From Asterionella formosa (taxonomy: Eukaryota): a DNA stretch of 44,771 nucleotides. Position numbers and translations under genes: made by a program. This document shows positions 33,660 to 44,771 of this stretch, piece after piece. The notes below the pieces were generated by a model. That model was not told where the DNA came from and made no database searches. It worked only from the letters and a program-made list of their open reading frames with translations. Position 1 is the stretch's first letter. Every line of letters starts with the position of its first letter. The stretch covers positions 62,001 through 106,771 of the forward strand of contig NKIB01008526.1 in the NCBI GenBank assembly GCA_002256025.1. Direction: 5' to 3'.

Positions 33660-35640
33660 AAAAATCGCCATAGCAAACATCCTTGCCAGCCCATCCCCTG
33701 CCATCCATCTACCCGAATTTCAATTCACAGGGACGACAGGTGCAACCAATCACAATTGGTCCATACTGTAACGGTACAACCTAGACCTCCACCAGGTTTT
33801 ACTCAACCAGGTTGGCTCGACTCTGAGGACATTTGGCTCTGAATTCCGTTCTATCGACCTACTTAGGTCATTCATACAGGATCACCCACTCTGGCCACAT
33901 TTCTGTTGCTGGCTCACCCACGGTGTACAATTTCCTCTACAACCACTCCCCAAGATCCAACATACCCAATATCTCGCACTCATGGTGGCCCGTGCCAATC
34001 ACGTATGGGGCAAAGAGAAACATGCCGGTAGTAAAAAACCTCCTACTTAAGGAAATCGCATGAGGCTGGCAGCACCCCCTCCCACTGGACAAGATACCCT
34101 TACTACCCCATGCGGTCATCGCACCAATGGGCCTAGTGACACAATCGACAATTGGCGAATGCGACGAAAAGTTGCCTAAAAATCGGCTCGCAAATGACCA
34201 ATCATATGAATTCTCTACTGGTACAGCAGCAAACAGTCAAGTCATTTTGGACTCCCTCACTCCATGCCGCTATGGTACTGCACTAAGCAGGTTCATACAA
34301 GATGTGGTGGATGTTCGCAAAGCCCATCCCACCACACAAATTCTCATGACTAAGCTAGATTTCAAGGCCGCCTACCAGCGCCCACACATCAAGAGTGACA
34401 CACCCACACAGGCAGTTTTGAGGACATGGCCCTTGTAGCCCTCCATATGACATTTGGCAGATCACCAAACCCCAGCATCATCTGGAGTGACATTTCCGAA
34501 CTAGCCTGCAACAACACCTGCGACATGCTATCTCGGTTCAATTTTTGGAATGCCAAAGATAGCCCCACATTTGAGCCTCCTCACCAAACCTGATACATTC
34601 AGCAACCAGCCTATCTTCCGAACAAGGTCAAACTAGGTCAAGCTTTGCCCACGACAGTCCTCCCACAGTCCGACACAGCCCCATTCACGGAATGCTACCT
34701 GGACGACCTATTTTAATGCTTCCTCGATCAGCTGAGACAAATCTGGCACAGGTCCAGGGTTGCGCTACTAGTAGCATTACATCTATTCGGCCAACCACTC
34801 CTACCAAATGAACCCCTGATCAAGGATGACATGCTCTCCTTCGAAAAAACTTTAGCTGAAGGCTCATCCAAAGAAACCAAAGTTGTCCTAGGTTTGGAAA
34901 TCAATAGTCACACCCTCTGTCTTCGCCTCACCGCAGCAAAACTGTCTAGTTGGACAGTGGACATTTACACCTTCCTTCAAACCACAACAGTCACCTTTTA
35001 TCAAATCGCCACAACCATTGGTTGCCATAATCATGCCTCCTATGCCATCCCCACAGCACGGGCTTTTCTGAGTCACCTTTGCCAAGCCGAACGACAGGGG
35101 GCACGTCACCACAAGTCAAAAATAACCATCACCAAGTCGCCCCATGAATAACTCCGCCAATGGCTGCAATTCCTGAAAGTGGCCCAGCGGGGCATAAGCC
35201 TAAACCTTCTGACCCTCCGAGTGCCCGAGTGCCAACAGTGATCCTTCGAGCAGACGCCTGCCCACATGGCTTGGGCGGTTATTCTCTCACCTCTGGACAA
35301 GCCTGGCGATTCGAGATCCCTCCGCAATATTGCGGTGGCCTATCTCTAAACCTCCTTGAATACCTAGCCTCGCTCCGTGACCACAATCATAGTGGAAGTC
35401 GAGGCAAACCAGATCCTACCAGAAGCTTGTCTACTTTCCCAGATGGACAACTCCACGGCTGACTACTGGCTGCATCGAGGGGGCGTCTGTTTCTAAGGCA
35501 CGGAAAAAGCAATCCATCTCGATGTCTCACAGTGGCTGGCCACCACACTGTCACGGTGAAAGGCGTGCAAATATAGCCAATGGATCCCAGGTGACGACAA
35601 TGTTGTGGCCAACTTGCTGTCCTGCGACCACCGGCATCTT
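33660..35640 (+). pseudogene. Reverse transcriptase + RNase H of the YR retroelement (disrupted)
   Basis: FGSEFRS...HPLWP (~33832), APMGLVTQSTI...RLANDQSY, KLDFKAAYQRPH, the catalytic YLDD (TACCTGGACGAC at 34696-34707) and KVVLGLEINS. RNase H motifs are ADACPHGLGGYS, LNLLEYLA and DNSTA. Confidence 0.88.
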
Positions 35641-35849
35641 GCACCCCCAGAACCACTAACTCATCTCCTCAGCACCTTCACAAAAAATCAGCTGCCCCCG
35701 AATTTCAACATCTACGCCCTGCCACCCACAATCGACTTGAAACTCATCTCCTGGCTGCGGAGGGGGCTCGTTCCGCCGGACTTCAAATTCAGACTAAAGC
35801 GAAGCTTACTCGAGCTTTCATACTCTGGCAAGAATTTCTGCACTCAATC

Positions 35850-36850
35850 GGTTTCGGCGCCCCCAAGACGTCTTCTTGGATACACTGTCCCCTGACCAGC
35901 CAACAAACACGAATTTTCGGCGCCTTCGCACACGCCATACAGCAAGCCGAGTTCAATGGACACAGAACTCGCCCACTGGCGTCAGTAACTGTCTGCAACA
36001 CCGTCGCATCTCTATCGGCGACCTTTCTTGAACATGACCGCGCCGACACCGCTACAAACCTACAGGGGGGGGAGAGAAACTCACCGCATTTTACGCCTCC
36101 AATTGACCGCCTACAAAAGAGACGATCCAGCCGTTAAACACCAACAGGCGCTGACCATTGATTTTATTTTACAGATACACGCCGACACGTCAACACCGGT
36201 GGATTGCACTTTGGGTCCGCTCTTTATCCTCGCTTACTTCTTCGCCATGCGATCATGCAAATACCTTACCATGAAAGGTGATCGCCGGACAAAGCAACCT
36301 TGGATTCAAGACTTGCGTTTTTTTCAGGGTAACACCGAGATTACCGGTCGTCAACATCGCTCCACCAGGCCGACATCATTTGCATCACTTTCCGGGATTA
36401 AAAAAACGGAGAGAAGGATGAGATGATCACGCTCAGCTGCACCAAAGACACCATCATGTGCCCAGTCAAACAAGGAGCAATGATCATCAATAACCTCTGG
36501 GAACTCATGGGGACCAGCCCAAACACCATCATATACACCTATCTGTCGGCTGGGGTTTTCTACACTCAGACAGGTGACATGGCGTTCGGTCGGGTCCAAC
36601 AAGAAGCCCTGGACTTAGGGGCCACCAAACTGGGCCACAAACCCAAGGCCATTGTCCTCCATTCCATCCGCAGCGCAGCTGCAATGGCCATGATTTTTCC
36701 GGTGTACCAAATTACATGGTCATGCTCATTGGGCGATGGAAATCCGACGCCTTCCTCACTTACCTGCAAAAACAGGTGGCAGAATTTACAAAGTTGGTGA
36801 GCCAACACATGATCACCATCCCAAACTTCTTTCACCCACCACCCAACCAG
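35850..36850 (+). pseudogene. Tyrosine recombinase of the YR retroelement (frameshifted)
   Basis: AYKRDDPAVKHQQAL, LAYFFAMRSCKYL (catalytic R), MCPVK, HSIRSAAAMAM (HxxR) and MLIGRWKSDAFLTYL (W and catalytic Y) are spread over ORFs 36028..36426, 36423..36800 and 36716..36949. Confidence 0.9.
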
Positions 36851-36970
36851 CTGGCAATAACCCTCCCAGCATGTACATCTCCATTGAAAATGGCAGGGCA
36901 AGAAGGACATGATTCCATTGCCCAAATTCCACAAGGAAACAAGCCATAGAGAGAGAATTCTGTTGGCTAA

Positions 36971-37726
36971 TGTGCAAAAACTCGACTGCAGCTATAAAAA
37001 AACCCAGAGGAAAGGAACTACCCAAGCTACTTATACCAAATTTAAAAAGCCAACTACAAGTCTAGATAAGTTGGTGCAACAAATCAACCTCAACAAATAA
37101 TCAAAAGAGGATAAAGGAACATTTGCAGAAAAGGCAGTCAGATGAGTTGGTAATTGAGTCAAAGTATATTTGTTAGTATTATAGATGACCAAGTAAACAG
37201 AGGATGTGCAAAAAGCGCGCATTGAAACCGCAGAAAAACAGGAGAGATCAGAATACAGGCAGGTTGAGGCAAATATTGAACAACCACAGGAGCCAATTAA
37301 AAATAGCAAGCAAACATTGAAGATGAGGTTCGAAAGCAAGCAAGCAACATGTAAACCACGCAAGAAGGTCATGGAAGAGTCGATCTGCCAGAGAACAACC
37401 ATGGAAAGGGTTCAAGGCAGAAAGCTCACAATTCTGCAAATTGGCTTTCGACAAAAGCAAATCGTTGATCACCAAGCCTTGCAAATTTATAGTCTTGACA
37501 TAAAATTCACCCACCCAGACTCCTACCCACTGCTAATGTGCAAATACTCGACTGCAGCTATGAGAAACCTGGAGTGAAGGAACTACCCAAGCTACTTAGA
37601 ACCAAATTTAAAAACCGACTACAAGTCTAGATTAGTTGGCGCAACAAGTCCACCTCAACAAAGAATCAAAAGAGGAATAAAGGAAGATTTGCAGAAAAGG
37701 CAGTCGGATGAGTTGGTAATTGACTC
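36971..37726. repeat. Diverged ~190 bp direct repeat (36971-37160 and 37537-37726)
   Basis: TGTGCAAA.ACTCGACTGCAGCTAT...GGAACTACCCAAGCTACTTA...CTACAAGTCTAGAT...TTTGCAGAAAAGGCAGTC.GATGAGTTGGTAATTGA.TC occurs twice, 566 bp apart. Confidence 0.9.
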
Positions 37727-40700
37727 GACGTATCTTTGGTCCCCACCAGCATGTAGAAACAAATAACCGAGTAGGCGTTCCAATGCTTGCCAGTGCCTTT
37801 CGCCTGGGTTGTCAAGATGCTGTGACAATTCGTCTCACAACATGCGTTGGCGCATACTGGCGATATTTTCTTTACAGAGTAAAGTATCTTTCCGATATTC
37901 CTTATTCTTGATCGACGCTCCTCGGTTTTTACTTAGGACCGTTCCTTCCCGGCGTTGAGGCTTTCTTTGGTTCCTTGCCAAATATAGTTGTGTAGTCATT
38001 GATCATTTCTTTGACAAAGTCCTCCATTTCAGACTGGAGATAGCGTCCGTTCTCGTCTTCGACCCATTCATACCATACTCCTAGATGCTTGCATATCTGG
38101 CCAAGCTCTTTAATGTTGAAGTATTGTTTCAGTGCCAACTTGAACTTGTTGACGTCGGCTTGAGTGCCGGTTACTGCGAGGTCATCGATGTAGGTACATA
38201 ATAGTATGGTAAGGATACCTTGTCGTTTTTCGTAAAACACATGGGTCGACACAGCTTTGCTTGAGTCCATATCAAGTAGGCAGTCTCAAAGTTTCTTGAA
38301 CCATTGGTATGCAGCTTGTACCGTGCCCGTACATTGCCATATCCAGTCGGATGCAGTTCTCAGTCATAGTAGATTTATTTTCGTAGTGGAAGTCGGCGAT
38401 TCCATCTGGCCATTCTATGTAGATTTCTTCATCGAGGTCGGCTTTGAGGAATGCCGCTGTGACGTCCACAATTTCACATACAAATCGTTCCTGTGTAGGG
38501 TGATTGCAAACACAATACGTAGGTCAGTATCCATAACAACGGGTGCAAATGAATCTGTGAAGTCGACACCTGGTACCTGCAAATAGCCTTTTACCACGAC
38601 ATGGCCCTTGTAGCGCGTAGTGTTGCTTGTTGTGCTCGTTCTTTTTCTTAAACACCCATTTTGCTCCAAGTGGCTTGCGTCCATTTAGGTTCTTCCAAGG
38701 ATGTAGTTTTCACACTTTGCGGGAGTAGAATTTTTCAATTTCAGCTTTGATTGCCTTGTTCCATTCGTCTTTTTCGTTGCTTAATAGTGCCTGTTTGTAG
38801 CTCTTGGGTTCCAGTGTGTCAGAAGCTAGGCTTGTTGAGTGTGCTTCCTCACTAGGTTGGTGCTCTTCGAGGTTTTTGTTGGTATTTTCGTTGGTATCGT
38901 CATCCAATATTGGCGAGCATGCTGCAGATGACTGCTGCCATGTGCCTGCTCAAGTAGGCGTAGGCGAGGTCACAAAGCCTGTAGATAGCCTATTCATTTC
39001 TCGATCAAGCTTGGTAGATTTCGTAGCATAATTTGTACAATGCTCATTCGTATTCAAACCACCTGCGATGGAATCTGCAAAGCTCACTCTCCTGGGAGTA
39101 CTGGGATCATCTGGTTTCGTTGGTAGTAGTGTATTAGCCCTTGTTTGTCAGGAGAGATTGCGTTGGTAAGTTTAGGGGGAGTGTCGAATTCTCATCTATA
39201 CCGGATCTCCGTTGTGAATTCGTCCATGTCCGCTGTGGATTTGTCATTTCCATGCCAGTGGGCCCATTTAAGGTCTCTTGTGTTGAAGACCTTTTTCATG
39301 GCCATGTTGTACATGCGGTAGGTATCACCGGTGTGGTCATAGCTGTAGGCAAGCATGACACACTTGATACTCTTAGGGGTTAATTTCTGCCTTGGAGTCC
39401 AAATCATGGCCCACCCCACCCTTCCAAACTGAATCAGGTGAGGCTAAATCGTAGGCTGAAAGCCGTTGAAAAGCCAATCGGGCCATTTTTCGGTATTCGA
39501 TTTAGCAACAGAGTTCGCTAGTTGCATGTGCTCGCAGGTGGACACTCTCAGCCCATAGTAGCCTCTGGAAGGTCTGGTAATCAGCGCACATGAGCGTGCA
39601 GGTTGCTCGTTTTCTGTTCATCGATTCACGTACGAGAAAAAAGAATGGGTATACCCCAAAAATTATCGAACCCCTAAATTTTGCACCACTCCAAAATTCT
39701 TTAAATAGTCGTTTACATAGACGTTAAGCCGTTACTCGTTTTAATGTCAAAATGAACTTTAAGTCAGCAGTCAGCGATTTCATGTCAGCAGTCAGCAAAA
39801 GAAGTCAGCAGCCAGCGATTTTTTCAAATTTTCAGTGAATCAAGTCAGCAGACAGCAGTGAGCAAGTTGAAGTCAGCATTTTTACGATAGTACCGGTACA
39901 TGGTGGTAGCAATATCACGAAGTAGATAGCAATCAATTTGTTTAAGTATCCATGTCGATTTCACAGTTTATTATCATGTACGGAGTACCAGGTACCAGGT
40001 ACGTCTATGCTACTCCCAATAGTATCATAGTATGAACATAGAAAGCATCGCTTTTAGTATCCCAACAGCAAAAAGATGATGCGTTTCCATCATTGTTCTA
40101 ATATGTAAAGTAGACACGATTCATGCACCGGTAACAGTAGTCGGTCTCTTCCTATGTACAAAGTAGCTTCTTTGACGTCAGCATGTTGAAGTTAGCATAC
40201 AGCAAACGAAGTCAGCAGTCAGCAGTTAGCAACAAGAAGTCCGCAGCCAGCAAGTTGAAGTTGGCAGTCAGCAATTCTGCGGTGAAAGGTGGCAGCGCTT
40301 TTCCGTTTGAAAGTTTTTAACGGTTACAGGTAATCTAAATAAAATGAAATAATTTGAGATTTTCATCATTTCGGAATTGGTGAGCCGGACAGACTTCCAA
40401 TGAAGTAGGTTGAAACCGCTACGTGGAATTTTTTTATATAGTGCGCGCAATGCGCTGATTACCGGACCTTCCTGGTATTCGTCTGGCAGTTTTGCGCTGA
40501 ACATGGAGGCGCATGCTCGGTTTCGTATCATCACAAGTTCTTGTTCCATGACTGCATTCTGTTGAGGAGTATTGGGGACAGTATACTCAATCTGAATACC
40601 CTGCGTGGTGCGTGCAGACAATACTTAGACTGGTCATGTTTTCACCGGTGTTGTTGCAGCGTAGGAAGCGTACTACATAGCCCGCTGACTTGAGTGTAGT

Positions 40701-42030
40701 CAGTAGTAGGGCATCTGCAACATTCGCCAAAAGACTCGTCTTGTTAACAAAATAACTCTATGCCTTGCCTGTGTACTGATCCACAAATAGTAGAATCCAG
40801 TACTAGTTGCTTCCAATTAGAGATTCCGTGTTCGGACCTGAAATGTCCACGTACAATCGTTCAGCAGGAGTAGAGGCCTTGCGGGTTGTGACTTTAGGTA
40901 CCGCTTTGAACCTTCCCCTTAGCTAGTGCGCAGCCTTCACACAACTGAATCTTTCCCGTAGGTTCAATACCGAGGGACTTTAGCGTTGCGCGAAGGGATG
41001 CCTCGCTGATGTGGCCGTATTTGTTGTGGGCCTCGTTGATGTCAATTTGCGTTGGTTTCTTGGTAGTCTTTGGCGTAGGAAGTTGCATCACTGTCTTGGT
41101 AATCATTGGATTAGGATTGGGTGTAGGGTTTGTTGTCAAGTTGTGGATAGACAAGACCGTTTCGGATTGTAGGGTACGTTTTCCCTTGAAGTAGTAAAGG
41201 ACACCTTGATCCTCACAAGAAAAGGTGAGTTCGTTGTCGTACCCTTCCTTCTGTAGACTCAACTCGGACCCCTTCATGCGTGCCTCGCACCCTCCGCCCG
41301 TTCTTCACAAATTGCCCGATGCTGACGATATTCTTGTGGAAGTGTGGATTGCAGAGTACCGTGCATAGTAACATGGAGCACGTTTTGTTGGCAATCAGAA
41401 TATCACCTCGTTTCGTGCATACCACTTCTTTACCATCACCAACAATGACCGAGACGTTGACATTTCCGACGTTGGTCATGTATTCGTCAGTCATAGTGAT
41501 GTGCGTGGTAGCCCCGGTGTCCGCAAGCCAGTGCTCCATTCCGTTGCTTGACGTGCAGTATTGGTCTTTGTACCACTCGTCTTCCATTGTAGGGACAAAA
41601 CAAATGCGTAGGAGTTCTTCAGTAGGAGTCTCGGTAGTATTCGTCACTTCCATGGTAGCATTTGTCACCTCCATATTCTCCTCGCACATTCCAACATACA
41701 TGCCGGTTTCTTTTTTCTTCTCACTGTATAGTGCGCCTTTTGGTTCCGGGCAGTCTCTTGCGATATTCCCAACATATTTATTGCATTTATAGCATCTTAA
41801 TCTCATTTTTTCGTTCGTCCCGTTTGCATTTGTTCCCCTTGTGTTCATTTTCGATTGGCACAAGTTGGCCTTGTGCCCTTGTTTGCCGCAGTTCTTGCAA
41901 ATAACTTTGTATTTCTGCTTGAATACTAGGGCGATCTCCTTTGTGCTCTTCGTGCCCTTCGTGCCCTTAAGCTTTCGTTTGTATAATGCTCGGATCTTGC
42001 TTTTCAATTCATTGAGGCTGATTGTTGTCA
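37727..42030 (-). mobile_element. Degenerate, truncated Ty1/copia retrotransposon (gag-PR-IN-RT)
   Basis: Zinc knuckles CKNCGKQGHKANLC and CYKCNKYVGNIARDC, protease WLADTGATTHIT, and AHNKYGHISE...CEGC. The integrase has TPQQNAVME and (after MITE removal) LWAESV, followed by EPKSYKQAL. The RT has VVKGYLQVPGVDF, DVTAAFLKADL and YIDDL. The IN-before-RT order indicates copia. No RNase H or LTRs were found. Confidence 0.92.
39568..40471 (-). mobile_element. MITE copy 2 (CTG TSD, 21 bp TIR), inserted in the copia integrase
   Basis: CTG|GAAGGTCTGGTAATCAGCGCA ... TGCGCTGATTACCGGACCTTC|CTG, with one mismatch in 21 bp. It is the reverse-complement homologue of 10939-11966. Confidence 0.95.
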
Positions 42031-42120
42031 TGTGCCGTGAAAGAGGGAACGGTAGCAAAGGATGACGAGGATGAAGGAGGAGGAGAGTGGTGTGAGTCAA
42101 TTTACTAACCTGACAAGCTC

Positions 42121-42472
42121 AAGAGGAGTTTGGAAGGGGGTATGTTAAAAGAGTGATTAGAGTATATTTAAAGTAGACATTGTAAAGATAGAGAGTAGTA
42201 GAGCGAGAACACAAGACAGGCATTCACAGACAAACAGACAGACACATGAATCTACATCATGATAGGACAGTGATTCTCCACCCCATCTCATGATCATTCA
42301 TTTTCAAACTATTGGTCTTCTGAAATAGCTTATATCGTCCGGCTGATTATAGGCGGACTAGCAAAGTAAAATGTGTGGTTGATGAGAGCTTGGTACATCA
42401 AAGTTGACTCATTCGAATCATTTGACACATTTGACTCCAAGTCACAACTATGTTGATGAGCTCACTTTAACA
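42121..42472 (+). mobile_element. Probable polypurine tract plus orphan ~330 bp LTR (42143-42472)
   Basis: Purine-rich AAGAGGAGTTTGGAAGGGGG-TA lies immediately before TGTTAAAAGAGTGA, and the segment ends CTCACTTTAACA (TG...CA with an inverted terminal match). No partner LTR is in the window. Confidence 0.5.
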
Positions 42473-42972
42473 TACCGGTAGGTCAATTTACTGTGTAGGT
42501 CGGGTGCATTCTTTGTAATCATCAAAGTTGATGCTGAATGACTGTTGATGTCAGAAGTTCCAGTTAATCCTCAAATCGGATCAGAATGCGGAATGTAGAC
42601 CAGTAATCAGGAATGCAGAAGGTACAAATGGAATGATCACTGTAGGTGCGAAACAGAATGATCATGGTAGATGCAAAACAGAATGATGGAATGATTGCTG
42701 ATGAATTGAAGTGAAGTGGTGCTCGAAGCAGCACAATGGAATAGCACTGGTGAAGCGCAACTGTGTTTAGGCATTGGGCCTGAATAAACTGTCTTGTTCT
42801 CGCCTGGGGAAGGCGAGCGAAAAAAGTGATGAAGACGAAAGAGGAAAAGAAGATAAAAAGTGAAAATTATAGATAAAGATAAAATTAAAACAAATTATTC
42901 TCTATATTACGTCATGCATGTGACACATGTAAGATTTGGTTGTCGTCAGCTCAGACTGACGATGTACGAGCC

Positions 42973-43254
42973 TGTTGAAATTGCGTCCCGAAGCACTCTA
43001 TGCTTTCTTGTATCCTGTAAGGACACGTCAGGGACCAAATAGGCTGTAGATATGAACAACGATGTATCCGTAATCGATTGTAATCGTTCCTAAGATTTTT
43101 AATAGAATTATGGGTTTTTACTGTTGATGTACCGGTAGATTGTTTTCGAATTCTCTGGTACCATATTCTTTCTTGATTCATTCGATTCATTCGATTCAAT
43201 ATGTAGTAGGTAATTCATACCGGGATTTTCTTTCCTAAAATAATTTCTCCAACA
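42973..43254 (-). repeat. Probable 3' LTR of the second copia element (distal end uncertain)
   Basis: On the minus strand, 22 bp after the RNase H stop, CAGGAGTG|TGTTGGAGAAATT begins at 43254. The candidate end AATTTCAACA is at 42973; an alternative TCAACA end is at 42543. Confidence 0.5.
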
Positions 43255-43276
43255 CACTCCTGCTGGACACGGATGC

Positions 43277-44771
43277 TCACTTTGAATTCATAATTTGCTG
43301 ACGACAATGAATAAATTTCGTTCCAACCAGTGGTTTCGTCATGTAGTCTGCTAACATTGCATCCGTTGGACAGTACTTGATTTGTACTTCCTTTCTTTCA
43401 ATACTAAGATCAGTAATATAAAAATATTTGATGTTGAAATGTCGCGTGCGTTTTACTGAACTTGCTTTTCCATTTGCTTCTAGCTTCATTGCGCTAGTGT
43501 TCTCACGGTAAATGATAGTCGTAGTCACTTTGTCTCCTTGTGCTTCAATAAATAATTTCGTCCTCAACACCTTTGATATAATGTCATCGACACCAACCAA
43601 TTCTGCTTCAGTCGAACTTCTAGTGTTCACTTTCTGTTTCGTGGACATAGAACAAATAATTCCGTTTCCAAGTGACAATATGGCTCCAGTGTGACTTTTA
43701 AAATCTTTGTGTACTGCAAACGCCGCATCAACGTACCATTTAATGCTCTGATTGTCATCAGCACTCATAGATGCAACCTCATTCTGAGTTGCTTTCAAGA
43801 AATTCATGATCTTGACTAATTTTGCCCAATCGCCTTCATTTGGCTTGGTAGTTTGGGTTGCCAGAAATGCAATTCCTGGTTGAATGTCCTGTCTTCCTCG
43901 CTTACATAAGAACATTCCTTTCATAACAAAAGTATGAAACATTTTTGCTTTTTCATATTCAAGCTTCTTTGATTTTGTATCAACTGTGAACAATTTATCT
44001 GTCCATGGGAATTTTCCAACACTTATATTTGGTCATGTCCACCCTCAACACTCCTGGAAGAGAGTAATCTAGTGTCATCGCCAAACAATCATGCTTCTTT
44101 CCACGCATGACCTTGACTTCACCAATTTCATCAGAAGCGTATTTCTTTTTAAGCCATTCCAAAAATTGATCATTCACTTTGCTGTCCACGTGACTTGATT
44201 TCAAATCGTCTACGTGCCAAGTAACTGTGTGCTGTTTGCCATTAGCAATGCGATTTGCAACGCATGGATCATATGGGTTGACCTTGAATCCAATTGACTC
44301 AATATCCTTCCAACATTTCTTGTAATATAACAATGATGACTGTAACATGCCATATAATGCCTTGATCATCCTAACATATATGACCTTGTTGTTGCCTTCA
44401 TAAACAACATATTTTTCATAAGTCTTGGGGCTGAGTTCCGTCAACATATTGACAAGTAAACCTCTAATCTTCATAATGATTCGTTCCCCTTTTTGTTTCT
44501 CATCGATATCCACTTGCACAAATGCATTGGGTGTATCTGCAGTCATAACATCGCGATTTTGCTTCGCATCAATTGTTGCTGTTATCATAACAGATTCAGT
44601 CATGGTGGTTGGACTCGCTGCTTCATCTCTTTCCATGTATTCATGTTGCAAATTGCCATTCGCACATGCTCTGCCTTTAATGCTCTTGTCTCTGCCTCTT
44701 TTCAACCCAAACAATTTAGACTTTCCATTGCACGTCGCTTTTCGATATTGGTTAGGTCTTCAATCCTAATC
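43277..44771 (-). mobile_element. Second Ty1/copia element (diatom CoDi-like): RT and RNase H, frameshifted, runs off the window end
   Basis: RT has IKGRACANG, MTADTPNAFVQ, ALYGMLQSSLLYY, NPYDPCVANR and WHVDDLKSSH. RNase H has WYVDAAFAVHKDFKSHTG, NTRSSTEAELVG, RTRHFNIKYFYI and ADYMTKPL. There is a frame break or short deletion near 44020-44030. Confidence 0.93.

Larger units (their letters stand above)
32806..37726 (+). mobile_element. Degenerate tyrosine-recombinase retrotransposon (DIRS order, Ngaro/PAT-like)
   Basis: Ordered remnants: a Cys/His gag-like knuckle (CCRWQVSGICVEICYRKATH, ~33060), RT, RNase H and tyrosine recombinase, then a 3' direct repeat. There are many stops and frameshifts, and the left boundary is approximate. 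Confidence 0.88.

Noticed and set aside
40268..40621. 117 aa ORF as an independent gene
   Set aside because: It is a chimera of copia integrase read through into the inserted MITE.

Overview
Eukaryotic nuclear DNA, very probably from a diatom. The evidence is ASAFAP-type bipartite plastid presequences, short GT-AG introns and CoDi-like copia elements; the species cannot be named from this window. Six host genes lie in three tail-to-tail pairs: (1) a small predicted thylakoid-lumen protein and a tail-anchored VWA protein (8.8-10.6 kb); (2) a plastid-targeted Mfd/TRCF helicase and an NCoR/Snt1-like double-SANT protein with a poly-Q tract (14.2-22.7 kb); (3) an HRD1-type RING E3 ligase and a Ser-rich hypothetical protein (25.1-27.7 kb). 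Most of the rest is nested, decayed transposable-element DNA. It includes a Plavaka/CACTA-like transposase remnant facing a Ulp1-like protease remnant, two ~190-195 bp tandem arrays, and a multi-kb repeat present twice in inverted orientation around all six genes. It also includes two copies of a CTG-TSD MITE (one cleanly splitting a copia integrase), two Kolobok-like relics carrying a P2X7-ballast/KolX-like ORF, a MULE-like MITE, a DIRS/Ngaro-type tyrosine-recombinase retroelement and two Ty1/copia elements. I found no convincing intact novel multi-gene system. The most unexpected signals are the pervasive TA-(short insert)-TA insertions that distinguish homologous repeat copies and cluster upstream of host genes, and the KolX-like relics. 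All alignments were done by eye; no database searches were run.
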